This document shows positions 21,116 through 30,688 of a stretch of DNA of 64,000 nucleotides, one piece after another; position 1 is the first letter of the stretch, and every line of letters begins with the position of its first letter. The notes under the pieces are model-generated. The model was not told the origin of the DNA and made no database searches. It worked only from the letters and a program-made list of their open reading frames with translations. Both the position numbers and the translations under genes were made by a program. This DNA is from an archaeon UBA583 (lineage in GTDB: Archaea; Nanobdellota; Nanobdellia; Woesearchaeales; UBA583). The DNA is taken from contig DAXK01000024.1 in NCBI GenBank assembly GCA_002506365.1, positions 30,944 to 94,943 on the forward strand, read 5' to 3'.

Positions 21116-22006
21116 TTAATATTTTTCTAAATTTAAAGGATCTAAAATCCATGATAATAATTTAATTAAATATTCTAAAATATAATAATGAATTACTACA
21201 AAAATTGAACTTACAATAGAGCAAAATAAAATAATAAAACTAATCACAACTGAATAAATTAATTTTAAAATTTTAAAAGAATAATCTTCTTGAAAACTCT
21301 TTGCCAAAACTGCCTTATATGCCTTAACATCAAACAATTTATCATCCTCAGTATCTTTTAAATACCTATTAAAATCATCAAAAAACTCATCAAAATCTTT
21401 ACAATTTACAATTTCATTTTTCTGACAAGATTCAATATATCCAGTGATAAAACCTTGCTCATAAGCATCTAATTTATAAGGAACAATAATAGAACCAGAC
21501 TGCTCATTCATTTTATCAATAATTATTAAATATTCATCAACAAACCCAGAATCATCATAAGCAATAAAAAAAATTGTTGAAAATAAAACTCCCAAAATAA
21601 TTAAAACATAAGAATTTAAAATAATTAATTTATCCAAATTAAAATATCTATCTTGCTTAGAAAAATGATAAAAAATAAACAAACTTATAACAACAAAAAT
21701 TAAATAAAAACTACTTAAAGACAAATACCCTAAAGAAAAAGTTAAAATAGTTGAAATAAATAAAGAAATTATCACAAAAATAACCCCAACTAATTTTGAA
21801 AAATAATTTTTAAAAATAAAATATAAAACAAAATCTATCGATAAAAAAGTAAAGGACAAAATCCCCAAAAATAAAATTTCAAATGAACTAAAAAGACCAA
21901 AAACTTTATCATACAAAAAATCAAATAGTAAATTAAAACTTATAAAAGTTAAAGTTAAAAAAAATATAACTAAACTTGAAAAACCTACGAATTTTTTTGA
22001 AAACAT
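21116..22006 (-). CDS. Polytopic membrane protein, function unknown
   Basis: 296 aa with an ATG start. Several N-terminal hydrophobic helices are followed by an acidic soluble segment and a C-terminal helix. I recognise no motif. Confidence 0.6.
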   Translation of the reverse strand: MFSKKFVGFSSLVIFFLTLTFISFNLLFDFLYDKVFGLFSSFEILFLGILSFTFLSIDFVLYFIFKNYFSKLVGVIFVIISLFISTILTFSLGYLSLSSFYLIFVVISLFIFYHFSKQDRYFNLDKLIILNSYVLIILGVLFSTIFFIAYDDSGFVDEYLIIIDKMNEQSGSIIVPYKLDAYEQGFITGYIESCQKNEIVNCKDFDEFFDDFNRYLKDTEDDKLFDVKAYKAVLAKSFQEDYSFKILKLIYSVVISFIILFCSIVSSIFVVIHYYILEYLIKLLSWILDPLNLEKY

Positions 22007-22126
22007 AAATAAATATTATTTCAAGTTGTTAAATATTTAAACTACTACTTTAAAGTAAATTGAATTATTAAACTAAAATAATTAAAATTATTGAAAATAA
22101 AAATAATTTAAATAAAAATAAATTAC

Positions 22127-22975
22127 TTAACGTTTTTTACAAACCACCTTATTTCTACCTTCATCTTTTGCTTGATATAAAGCTGAATCAGCAAGTTCTT
22201 TTAAAACACTAGTATCCCTATAACTATTAGTATAACTTGATACTCCAAAACTACAAGTAATATTCCTATCAACAAAAAAAGAATCTAATTCATCACCAGA
22301 AGTCTCACCAACTATCAATAAATCTTGTCTATGTGAACTTGATAAATCATGAGCAGTAGTATGATTTAACCCATAGTGCCCAATAACTAATCTATCTTCA
22401 ATACTCTCACGAATTCTATTAGCTACAATACCAGCAGATGCTAAATTTGTTTCAGGAAGTAAAATTGAAAATTCCTCACCACCATACCTAAAAGCTACAT
22501 CCCTTGGCCGTAAATTATCCAAAATAATCTTCCCAAAAAGAGTTAAAGTATCATCACCAACAGAATGACCATAAGTATCATTAACAGCCTTAAAATTATC
22601 TAAATCACACATAATATAACTAAAATCAGATGAAGAACAATTCTGAAAATCAACTGACAAAGAATCCAATTTTCTTTCTAAAAAATCACGCTTTCTTAAA
22701 CAAGTTAATTCATCAACAGATAATTTATTAATCTCATTTAATAAATTGGCAGCTAAATCAAAATCACCATCAGCAATATGTTTATTATAACTAGGAGCAA
22801 ATCCATAAATCATAAAATTTTTAAAAAAATCATTTAATTGGCTAGATCTAGAAGTTCGATTTTTATCTAAATCATTAGGCGTTTTCAAAAAATCAATTAA
22901 ATCAAAAAATTCAGAACCACCTTTAAAACCTAAAGACAATTCAACTAAATTCCCAGACCTATCATATAATTTCAT
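22127..22975 (-). CDS. GGDEF-domain protein (putative diguanylate cyclase) with intact GGEEF active site and RxxD I-site
   Basis: DNFKAVNDTYGHSVGDDTL...LRPRDVAFRYGGEEFSILLPET...SFGVSSY...ADSALYQAKDEGRNKV. GGEEF is at nt 22469-22483. RPRD lies five residues upstream of it. Confidence 0.8.
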   Translation of the reverse strand: MKLYDRSGNLVELSLGFKGGSEFFDLIDFLKTPNDLDKNRTSRSSQLNDFFKNFMIYGFAPSYNKHIADGDFDLAANLLNEINKLSVDELTCLRKRDFLERKLDSLSVDFQNCSSSDFSYIMCDLDNFKAVNDTYGHSVGDDTLTLFGKIILDNLRPRDVAFRYGGEEFSILLPETNLASAGIVANRIRESIEDRLVIGHYGLNHTTAHDLSSSHRQDLLIVGETSGDELDSFFVDRNITCSFGVSSYTNSYRDTSVLKELADSALYQAKDEGRNKVVCKKR

Positions 22976-23070
22976 AAATACTTAAGTTTTTTAGCATATA
23001 TAAAGTTATCTCTTATAAGTAACAAAAAAATAAAGGAAATTATATTTATTTATACAATAAATAATTTAAA

Positions 23071-24753
23071 TTAAATAATATCGACAATATCTTCAACAAT
23101 TAACTCAAAAGCAACTACTGGAACTAATAAACCAAAATTATTCAAAACAACTGGTGATACCTCCCCAATAAATCCAACCGATTTACCACCAACTAAAATT
23201 TCAGCTGAACGACCAGCAATTAAAAACGGAATTTCATCATTAACTTTAATTTCAAAATCAATATTATTTAATTTCATAAATGTATCTAAAACTCCTTTAA
23301 TTTGTGTATAATTTGTTTTTGGATCAGCAATTGCAGAACAAATATGTCTTGTATTTTTAGCCCCAGTTTCACAAGATGAATCCTTTTGAATAGTAAACCC
23401 ATTTTCAAAAACTTTTTGCGGATATTTATTTTTTCTATTAATTAACAAAGATTCCAAAATCTCAGGTAAAATTCTAACTCTCAACATATTTAAACCTTGA
23501 TCCTCCGAATCAATTAATTTTTCAAATTCCTTATCAGGTTCATCAAAATTCATTTTATTAAATTGAGTTTTAGTTGAACTTAACATATAAGAATATAATT
23601 CTAAAAACCCAAAATTAACCATAGTTTGAGACAATCTTTGAGTAAAATCACAAACTTCTAATGTTGAACCAACTGTTGCAATTTCTGGTAAAGCTGGAAC
23701 AATATTATTATACCCATAAGCTCTCGCAATATCATCAGCAATATCAGAATCATGCCAAATATCAGCTCTAAAAGGTGGAATTAAAAAGGTAATTTCATCT
23801 CCTGAAACAGATTCAACTTCAAGCATAACTTTTAACGCTAAATCTTTAATTTCATCACTATCCACATTAATCCCAATTAATTTGTTAATATAATCTAAAG
23901 AAACAGTATCCTTTGAATTATCCAAATTTAATTCATAAACTTCCCCATCTGAATACTCAACAGATACAGCTTCAGCACTACACCCCAATTCTAAAAATGT
24001 AGTAGTTAAAACTTTCAATAAATTATCTAAATAAGTTAAATTAAAACCTGAAATCTCAACAAATAAATCTTTATGATGTAAATCAACCCTACCAGTTTTA
24101 TTTGAATTAATAACAGGAGGTAAACTTAAAACTTCATTATTTAAATCACGAAATACTGGAAAAACTTTGTGTCCAGATAATAAATGAGCAAACTTTTTCC
24201 CAGTCTCATGAGACTCTAAAATTTCATTTGCATTCATTTCACCCTCACCCTCAAGAGGAGCAAATACAATATCCTCAGGTTTCTCACCAGAAAATGTTAC
24301 TGGAAACTTAAATTCATCCATAGGATAAATTCCAATTGAAGCTTTTTTTCTATGACGTCCAAAACTATCATGAATTTTTTCCTGAATTTCAATCATCTCA
24401 TCTAATAACTCTTGAGTCATATTTACATCTCGTAAAATAACACAAACAGTTTTTGGACGAACTGAATCAACAGAAGACTTAACAATAACTTTATTTGTAG
24501 CAGGAGCTAATTTATAATTAGGCAAATTTTTAGAAATTCCCCTATAATATCTAATAGCCCTACCGATACCAACAGTTGATACCATATCCATTTTTTCAGC
24601 AGTAATTTCTACTTTCATCTCAGGATCTTTTTCATCTGAAATTCCCTTCATATCCATACCCATCTCCTTTAAAGTTGTATCAATTTGTTCAACTGATAAT
24701 TCTTCAAGAGCATATTCATTAATTTTTGATTGTTTTGCATATACATAAACCAT
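23071..24753 (-). CDS. pheT: Phenylalanine--tRNA ligase beta subunit, archaeal type
   Basis: 560 aa. Matches include LPPVINSNKTGRV and IPPFRADIWHDSDIADDIARAYGYNNI. It sits directly downstream of pheS. Confidence 0.9.
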   Translation of the reverse strand: MVYVYAKQSKINEYALEELSVEQIDTTLKEMGMDMKGISDEKDPEMKVEITAEKMDMVSTVGIGRAIRYYRGISKNLPNYKLAPATNKVIVKSSVDSVRPKTVCVILRDVNMTQELLDEMIEIQEKIHDSFGRHRKKASIGIYPMDEFKFPVTFSGEKPEDIVFAPLEGEGEMNANEILESHETGKKFAHLLSGHKVFPVFRDLNNEVLSLPPVINSNKTGRVDLHHKDLFVEISGFNLTYLDNLLKVLTTTFLELGCSAEAVSVEYSDGEVYELNLDNSKDTVSLDYINKLIGINVDSDEIKDLALKVMLEVESVSGDEITFLIPPFRADIWHDSDIADDIARAYGYNNIVPALPEIATVGSTLEVCDFTQRLSQTMVNFGFLELYSYMLSSTKTQFNKMNFDEPDKEFEKLIDSEDQGLNMLRVRILPEILESLLINRKNKYPQKVFENGFTIQKDSSCETGAKNTRHICSAIADPKTNYTQIKGVLDTFMKLNNIDFEIKVNDEIPFLIAGRSAEILVGGKSVGFIGEVSPVVLNNFGLLVPVVAFELIVEDIVDII

Positions 24754-24836
24754 TTTTTCACTTGTTAAAAAATGGCACCATTTTCCATTGGAAAATCTGT
24801 GCCTCGTTTTGATGACATTGTCATCACAACGAATTT

Positions 24837-26402
24837 TTACTCATTACCTCCAGTTCTTTTTACAATTTTTCTTGTCATCATTGGCCTATTCTTTAACCAA
24901 TCAAAATCACAAGTTGTCCCAGTAATATCCCTCATTGAAGCTTTCCCAGCAAGTAATGTTGCAACTCTACTTGCACCCATACCCCAAGCAATTACAGTTT
25001 TCCCTCCTAAACCTAATGGTTCTAAAGTTTCTTGTCTAAAAATTCCAGAATTAATTAAAGCATACCACTTATCCATTTTTTCATCATAATAATGTGCTTC
25101 CATTGAAGGTTCAGTATAAGGATTAAAAGTTGGTTTAAATCTAATTTTATCAATACCTAATTTATTATAATAATCACGAACAAATCCCATCAAATGTGCT
25201 AAACTTAAATTATCTCCAATAATAAAACCTTCTGCTTGAAAAAACTCAGCTAAATGAGTTGCATCAATTGCTTCATTACGAAAATTATGAGCAACATAAA
25301 AATACTTCCCATCAACATTCTGACCTCCCTTTAATTTCTCACCTAATTCAGCAAGAGTTCTAAAAGTTGTAGCAGTTGAATGAGTTCTAAGCAATCTCTT
25401 TGAAGTAATATCTTTTGACCATTCCCCCTTAGGAGTATGTGCTTTCTTTAATCCTGATTCATGCATAATTTTAACTTTCTCAACTAATTGAGCAGGAACT
25501 TTCGCTGACCCATCCAAATAAAAAGTATCTTGTTCATCTCTAGCAGGATGATCTTGTGGAATCCACATTGAATCCATATTCCAAAAAGCAGACTCAACCA
25601 TTGGCCCCTCCATCTCAGAAAATCCCATCTCAACAAAAACATTCTTTAAAATTGAATTTGCTTCAAGCATAGGGTGAAATCTTCCAATATTATCATACCC
25701 TGCTGAAACATCAACATCATAATGTCTAAACTCAATATTTTTCAAATTATCAGATTTTAACATCTCAGGTTCTAAAGCTTCCGCCAATTCTAAATCAGAA
25801 TACTTCCCATCAATCTCAGAACATACACTTTGACCAAGATCAGTTAAAGAAAAAGTAAAACCCTTAATGGAAATTTCTTTTAAAAATTTAGGACGCCTTT
25901 TTAATTCATTAAAACTAACTTGTAAATCTTCAGATAAATCCTTAACTAAAATACCATCTTTAAAAGCAGATAAAGGATTTACAAAATCATCAACAAATTG
26001 TTTAGCATTTTCATTAGCAGTAAAAATTTGTTCATCTTCTTTTCTAATTGAAATTAAATTATTTTTCTTTAAAATACCAAGAGCTGAACCAACTAAAGAT
26101 TTATCTAATTTTAACTCAGACATCTTTTTTTCACCATCCAACAATTCATTTAAAAATGTAATTTCAGGTAATTCAGATTTTAAAAATTCCTCACCAAATT
26201 TATCTAAAACAATCTTTTTTTCTTCAAACTTAGAAATAGAAACATATCCTTTTTGTTCAAGTAATTGAACTCCAGTTGTAACTTCTGCAATATTTAACCC
26301 TATTTTTTCACAGATTTGAGAAATATCTCCAATCGAAATTAAAGGTAAAACTTTTCTCTCCAAAGGATGAAGAGAATAAATAATTTTCTTTAAATCAGTC
26401 AT
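24837..26402 (-). CDS. pheS: Phenylalanine--tRNA ligase alpha subunit, archaeal/eukaryal type
   Basis: 521 aa. Matches include HPARDEQDTFY, LLRTHSTATT, FRNEAIDATHLAEFFQAEG and GMGASRV. Confidence 0.9.
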   Translation of the reverse strand: MTDLKKIIYSLHPLERKVLPLISIGDISQICEKIGLNIAEVTTGVQLLEQKGYVSISKFEEKKIVLDKFGEEFLKSELPEITFLNELLDGEKKMSELKLDKSLVGSALGILKKNNLISIRKEDEQIFTANENAKQFVDDFVNPLSAFKDGILVKDLSEDLQVSFNELKRRPKFLKEISIKGFTFSLTDLGQSVCSEIDGKYSDLELAEALEPEMLKSDNLKNIEFRHYDVDVSAGYDNIGRFHPMLEANSILKNVFVEMGFSEMEGPMVESAFWNMDSMWIPQDHPARDEQDTFYLDGSAKVPAQLVEKVKIMHESGLKKAHTPKGEWSKDITSKRLLRTHSTATTFRTLAELGEKLKGGQNVDGKYFYVAHNFRNEAIDATHLAEFFQAEGFIIGDNLSLAHLMGFVRDYYNKLGIDKIRFKPTFNPYTEPSMEAHYYDEKMDKWYALINSGIFRQETLEPLGLGGKTVIAWGMGASRVATLLAGKASMRDITGTTCDFDWLKNRPMMTRKIVKRTGGNE

Positions 26403-26545
26403 AGATAAAATTAAATCTTTTTAGTATATAAATATTACTTTAATTAACCTAAAAAAATAGTAAATTTCAAGTCCAAAATAAAAATAATATTAATCTAAAA
26501 TGATAAATATTTATAAAATAATTTAATTAATAATTAATTAATATA

Positions 26546-26884
26546 ATGGCAATAGCAATGATTACATCATTATTTGAAATTTGGGAAACTGTATTAGCAG
26601 TTTTACTTTTATTAGTAATTAGTACAGGAATTATTTTTGTATACAATCCAGACCTAATCCAAGCTAAAACTTTAAATAATGAATTATCATATATTGCAAG
26701 TATCAAAGGAGACAAAGATTTCCAAATTGTTTTAAATCTAGAAAATGCAGAAGAAATAAAACTTGAAAATAATAAAGATTTAAGTTCTATAAAATTAACA
26801 GTTGGAGAAAAATCAACAACAAAACAATACATTGGAACAGACATTAATATTAAAAAAGAAAATAATCAAATTTTAATTTCATAA
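26546..26884 (+). CDS. Small N-terminally anchored protein, function unknown
   Basis: 112 aa with an N-terminal hydrophobic segment (LFEIWETVLAVLLLLVISTGIIFVY) and a TATA-like box about 33 nt upstream. I prefer it to the overlapping antisense ORF 26527..26844, whose S/F/L-rich composition looks like a shadow frame. Confidence 0.45.
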   Translation: MAIAMITSLFEIWETVLAVLLLLVISTGIIFVYNPDLIQAKTLNNELSYIASIKGDKDFQIVLNLENAEEIKLENNKDLSSIKLTVGEKSTTKQYIGTDINIKKENNQILIS

Positions 26885-26945
26885 AAAACTTGAAAATAAA
26901 ATAAAAATTAAAACAAAATAAAAATTAAAACAAAATAAAATAAAA

Positions 26946-28955
26946 ATGTCAATAAATTATCAAAACCAAGAATTAGTATTAAAACTTTTATACAATTCAA
27001 TTAAAGATAATAATTTATATGAAAAAACTTCAATAAAACATTTTAAAGATGGAAAAAGAGTTTTACAAAAAAATACTAAAAAAATTAACCTAAACACAAA
27101 ACAAATTATCTCAAAATTAAAATTAGAAAATAAAAAAAACTTACTAGTTTTAGACTACCCAATTAATCAATTACTATCATATACAATACTATTAAATGAA
27201 AACACACAACTTTTTTCATTTAGAATAAAAGGTGATTTAGAAACTTATATTGGAACAGAACAAATAAAAGAAATATTTCAAAAAGAAAAATTAATTGAAG
27301 AAATTACAATAGAAAATATTTCTCCACAAGAAATAATTGGTCAAAAATTCCAAGTTAATTTTAAGCAACCAAAAAAAATTCAAGAAATTCAAGAATATAT
27401 ATTATCAACTAAAGAATTTATACCTGACACAATTAATAAAGCACCTGAAAATTTTGACCAAATTCAAAATTTTACACCAACACTAAAAAATACACATTTT
27501 AAACTTGCAGAAAAATTAAATATACCAATCATCCCACAAATTAAAAATGAATTTATAATTAATGAAAACATTAATGTATTCGACATAAATAAAATAATTG
27601 AAATATTAAACCCACTAAAAATAATTGATTCAAAGCATAAAGTTCCAGTGGAAAAATACACGTTAAAAAGAACATACTTAGACGTATCAACAACATACCA
27701 CTTAAAAATTGACACTGATAAATTAATTGAAAAAATAAACTTAGCACAAATTACATCTGAACCAAAAAATAAAATAATTAAAACAATCAAAAATTTAACT
27801 CAAACTGAAATTTCTCAAAACTTTGGAGAATACGAAATTCCACTATGGAAAATTCATAAAAATCAACAATTTATTAAAATTAAAGACTATAAAGAATTTA
27901 GAGAAATAACTGGAATAAATTTTCCAAAAACAAATGATAAAATTGAAGAAATCTATATTCAAGACCAAACTGGAGAAATTGGTTTTTTAAAACATCAATT
28001 TTTAAAAAAAAGATTTCAAAAAACATTAGAAACCTTGCCAGAAAATGAAATAATAGTTTATAGAAAACCACTAGATTTAGCAATAAAAGCATCCATTTGT
28101 GACAATATATCAATATTAATTAAATATCAAAAAGTTTCTGATAAACAAATAAATAAAATTTATGAATACATTAAAACACTAATTGAAATTACAATAATTG
28201 AAACAATTAAATTCAATAAACTACCTCAAAAAACACAAAATAATAATTTTAATTTAAATGAAAAATATTTTTCATCTCTCTCAATAAAATTAGAAAATGA
28301 TTTTAATAAATTTTTAAAACATCCAAAAAAAACACACCTAATCCATAAATTAAATAATGAACTAAAAACATTAAATAAATACATTAAAAAATCAACTATT
28401 AAGCAACAAGAAATTTTTTATTTATGTCAAATAATTTCACAATCACTAAACACATTAAAAATTTTTGACGATGAAAAAACAAATGAATTAAAAAATAGAT
28501 TTAAACAATATTTTAATTTAGAACTATTTAAAATTGAAACAGAAAATAAAAAGGAAATTATAAACCATTCAAAAGAATACAAATTTATTAAACAAATATT
28601 TTTAGCAAATAAATTAATTAAAAAAAATAAAACAAAAAACAAAATAATATTATTAGAAAAAAAAGAATTTGACAAACAATTATTAAATAAAGAAATTAAA
28701 TTTTTAGAAACTGAACCAGAATTCAAAATACACATTAAACCAAACTATAAAATATTAAAAAGTCAATTTAAATATAAATACAAAGAAATTGCAAAACAAA
28801 TACTATTAATTACACCAGGAATAATAAATCCAAAAATAACAATTGGTTCAACTCAAACAAATTTAAAAAAAGAATTTTGTAATATTTGTAAAATATATAC
28901 TAAATATAAAAGTATTTGTGAAAATGAATATTTTATTTTACTAAAAGAAAAATAA
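26946..28955 (+). CDS. Hypothetical K/N/I/Q-rich protein
   Basis: 669-aa uninterrupted ORF with no motif I recognise. The C-terminal sequence CNICKIYTKYKSIC provides a CxxC pair plus one further Cys. Confidence 0.6.
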   Translation: MSINYQNQELVLKLLYNSIKDNNLYEKTSIKHFKDGKRVLQKNTKKINLNTKQIISKLKLENKKNLLVLDYPINQLLSYTILLNENTQLFSFRIKGDLETYIGTEQIKEIFQKEKLIEEITIENISPQEIIGQKFQVNFKQPKKIQEIQEYILSTKEFIPDTINKAPENFDQIQNFTPTLKNTHFKLAEKLNIPIIPQIKNEFIINENINVFDINKIIEILNPLKIIDSKHKVPVEKYTLKRTYLDVSTTYHLKIDTDKLIEKINLAQITSEPKNKIIKTIKNLTQTEISQNFGEYEIPLWKIHKNQQFIKIKDYKEFREITGINFPKTNDKIEEIYIQDQTGEIGFLKHQFLKKRFQKTLETLPENEIIVYRKPLDLAIKASICDNISILIKYQKVSDKQINKIYEYIKTLIEITIIETIKFNKLPQKTQNNNFNLNEKYFSSLSIKLENDFNKFLKHPKKTHLIHKLNNELKTLNKYIKKSTIKQQEIFYLCQIISQSLNTLKIFDDEKTNELKNRFKQYFNLELFKIETENKKEIINHSKEYKFIKQIFLANKLIKKNKTKNKIILLEKKEFDKQLLNKEIKFLETEPEFKIHIKPNYKILKSQFKYKYKEIAKQILLITPGIINPKITIGSTQTNLKKEFCNICKIYTKYKSICENEYFILLKEK

Positions 28956-29001
28956 AAACAAATAAATAAAAAATACAAAAATAAATTTAAAAATAATATA
29001 T

Positions 29002-29568
29002 CTAAAAATAAACAACTAACATCCCACCACCAATTTTGATTAGTTCAGAATCATATTTTTTTAAGATATTTTTAACAAAATCCTCTAATTGTGAATGAGA
29101 AGTTACATTATCAAAAATAACAACACTATTTTTAGTCAATAACTTTCCATCAACCAATAAATCTAAAATATTTTGATACAAACAATGCCCAGCATCCACA
29201 AAAACAAAATCAAACTTCTCAGAAATTCCCTCTAAAAACTTTAAAGCATCAGAATTTACACAAATAAAATTTTTCAAACCAACTTGCTCAAAATTAACTT
29301 TTGCCAATTCATAACGAGTTTTATCAACTTCAACTGTCGTATACTTAGAACTTTCATCCAAATTTAAATTAAGCCACAATCCAGAAAACCCATTTGACGT
29401 TCCAATCTCTAAAACAGATTTTGGTTTTTTAAAATCAACTAAATTTGATAAAAATATCCCTTGTTCGTAAGATATGTTCCAATAGTTACTTGTAGAATTA
29501 ATTTTTTGTTTTTGTAAAAATGCGATTTTGGATAAAATCCTATCGCGAAAAGAATTAGAAATAATCAT
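29002..29568 (-). CDS. Class I SAM-dependent O-methyltransferase (family 3-like)
   Basis: The SAM-binding motif VLEIGTSNGFSGLWL and the acidic FDFVFVDAGH are typical of caffeoyl-CoA-OMT-like methyltransferases. Confidence 0.7.
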   Translation of the reverse strand: MIISNSFRDRILSKIAFLQKQKINSTSNYWNISYEQGIFLSNLVDFKKPKSVLEIGTSNGFSGLWLNLNLDESSKYTTVEVDKTRYELAKVNFEQVGLKNFICVNSDALKFLEGISEKFDFVFVDAGHCLYQNILDLLVDGKLLTKNSVVIFDNVTSHSQLEDFVKNILKKYDSELIKIGGGMLVVYF

Positions 29569-29578
29569 AATTTTAAAA

Positions 29579-29683
29579 TTATCTATTATTTCTTAACTTT
29601 CTCTTTCTTAGTCTCATGATTTTCTTTTGCCACTTCCATCTCATTTGACCCTTCTTCTTCCATCTTCTTGAACTTCTCTTCAT
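29579..29683 (-). CDS. rpl41e: 50S ribosomal protein L41e (34 aa, absent from the ORF track)
   Basis: My codon-by-codon translation is MKRSSRRWKKKGQMRWKWQKKIMRLRKRKLRNNR, ending at TAA. It matches the extremely basic archaeal L41e pattern as I recall it (KRSSRRWKKKG.MRWKW.KK..R.LKR). Confidence 0.75.
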   Translation of the reverse strand: MKRSSRRWKKKGQMRWKWQKKIMRLRKRKLRNNR

Positions 29684-29970
29684 TTTTATTATATAAACCT
29701 CTCAGATTTTTTTGTAATTAATTTTTGAAATTAACTATCATAATTAATAAATCCTAAGTAAATTAAATCCAACTTGCTTTTTAAATGTTTCTAAAGTCAA
29801 AATTAATATAAATAAACAAACAATAGATTCAACCATTATTAACTAAAATAAAAAACTAAAAATAAATTAAAAGATAATTAAACATCCCTTAAAACTAAGT
29901 TTATCCAAATAATTACTAACCACACAATAAGAATAAACCTATATAAACTAAAATAAATAAAATAAAGTAA

Positions 29971-30411
29971 ATGAATTATAAAAAAGGAGCAATCCCAGTA
30001 ATTAAAGTAATAGCTATTATATTCACAGTAGCTATATTTTTAATTTCATGGGTTTTAATCCTTAATATAAGTATTGCTGTTAATGAACAAAAAATTAACT
30101 CCCAACTAGCAATCAAAAAAATAATTGACTCAAACTGTTTCTCAAATGAATATGGAACAATTGAAGAATCAAAATTCAACCAAGATACACTACAATCATG
30201 TTATGGAAAAAATAACATTACAACCATGAAAATTATTTTTAACAAAACTAAATTATATACTAACAAAGAATTATTCACAGAACTTGCAAGTAAATGTTCA
30301 ATCACAAGTACAATTTTTTGCTCAGAAACAAAATATCCAATTATATACAAACAAGAAAATATAAATTCCCACCAAATCAAAGAACTTACAATACAAATTA
30401 TTACTAAATAA
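29971..30411 (+). CDS. Small secreted or membrane-anchored protein, possible class III (prepilin-like) signal
   Basis: N-terminus MNYKKG/AIPVIKVIAIIFTVAIFLISWVLIL has KKG followed by a hydrophobic stretch. A TATA-like box lies about 29 nt upstream. Confidence 0.35.
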   Translation: MNYKKGAIPVIKVIAIIFTVAIFLISWVLILNISIAVNEQKINSQLAIKKIIDSNCFSNEYGTIEESKFNQDTLQSCYGKNNITTMKIIFNKTKLYTNKELFTELASKCSITSTIFCSETKYPIIYKQENINSHQIKELTIQIITK

Positions 30412-30688
30412 ATTAAATAAATTCTAAAATAAAAACATATATTATTTTATATAAAATATCATAAATTACTTTAAAATTCTTAAAAAACAAACAAAATCCA
30501 AGGAAAATGCTATCACTTAGCAATAATAAAGCAAAGTTTTATAAAGGTAGTTAATCAGATTTTAGTATCAATTAAGTAGTTAATTGGTGTATTTAGATTA
30601 CAATGCTAACTAATTAGTGTAATCTTCAAGTCAAAAAACTAAGTAACATTTATAAAAAATACATTATTGTTACTATTATATTAAAAAA

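Noticed and set aside
24772-26268. Plus-strand ORFs 24772..25089 and 25867..26268
   Set aside because: They are antisense to pheS, which has unmistakable class II synthetase motifs. Their S/F/L-rich composition is typical of antisense frames.
26527-26844. 105-aa minus-strand ORF overlapping 26546..26884
   Set aside because: Only one of the pair can be real. The plus-strand frame has a TATA box at the right distance and a normal signal-anchor plus soluble-domain composition. The minus-strand frame is S/F/L-rich.
26885-26945. Short tandem duplication (AAAATAAAAATTAAAAC twice) upstream of 26946
   Set aside because: It is low-complexity A-rich spacer sequence, most simply explained by slippage. 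No structural or regulatory signature is visible.
29688-29697. TTTATATAAT directly upstream of rpl41e as its TATA box
   Set aside because: It is only about 10 nt from the ATG, too close for the -26 geometry seen elsewhere. The real promoter may be the AAAATTAATTA further upstream, or transcription may favour the internal Met. I left this unresolved and annotated no promoter.
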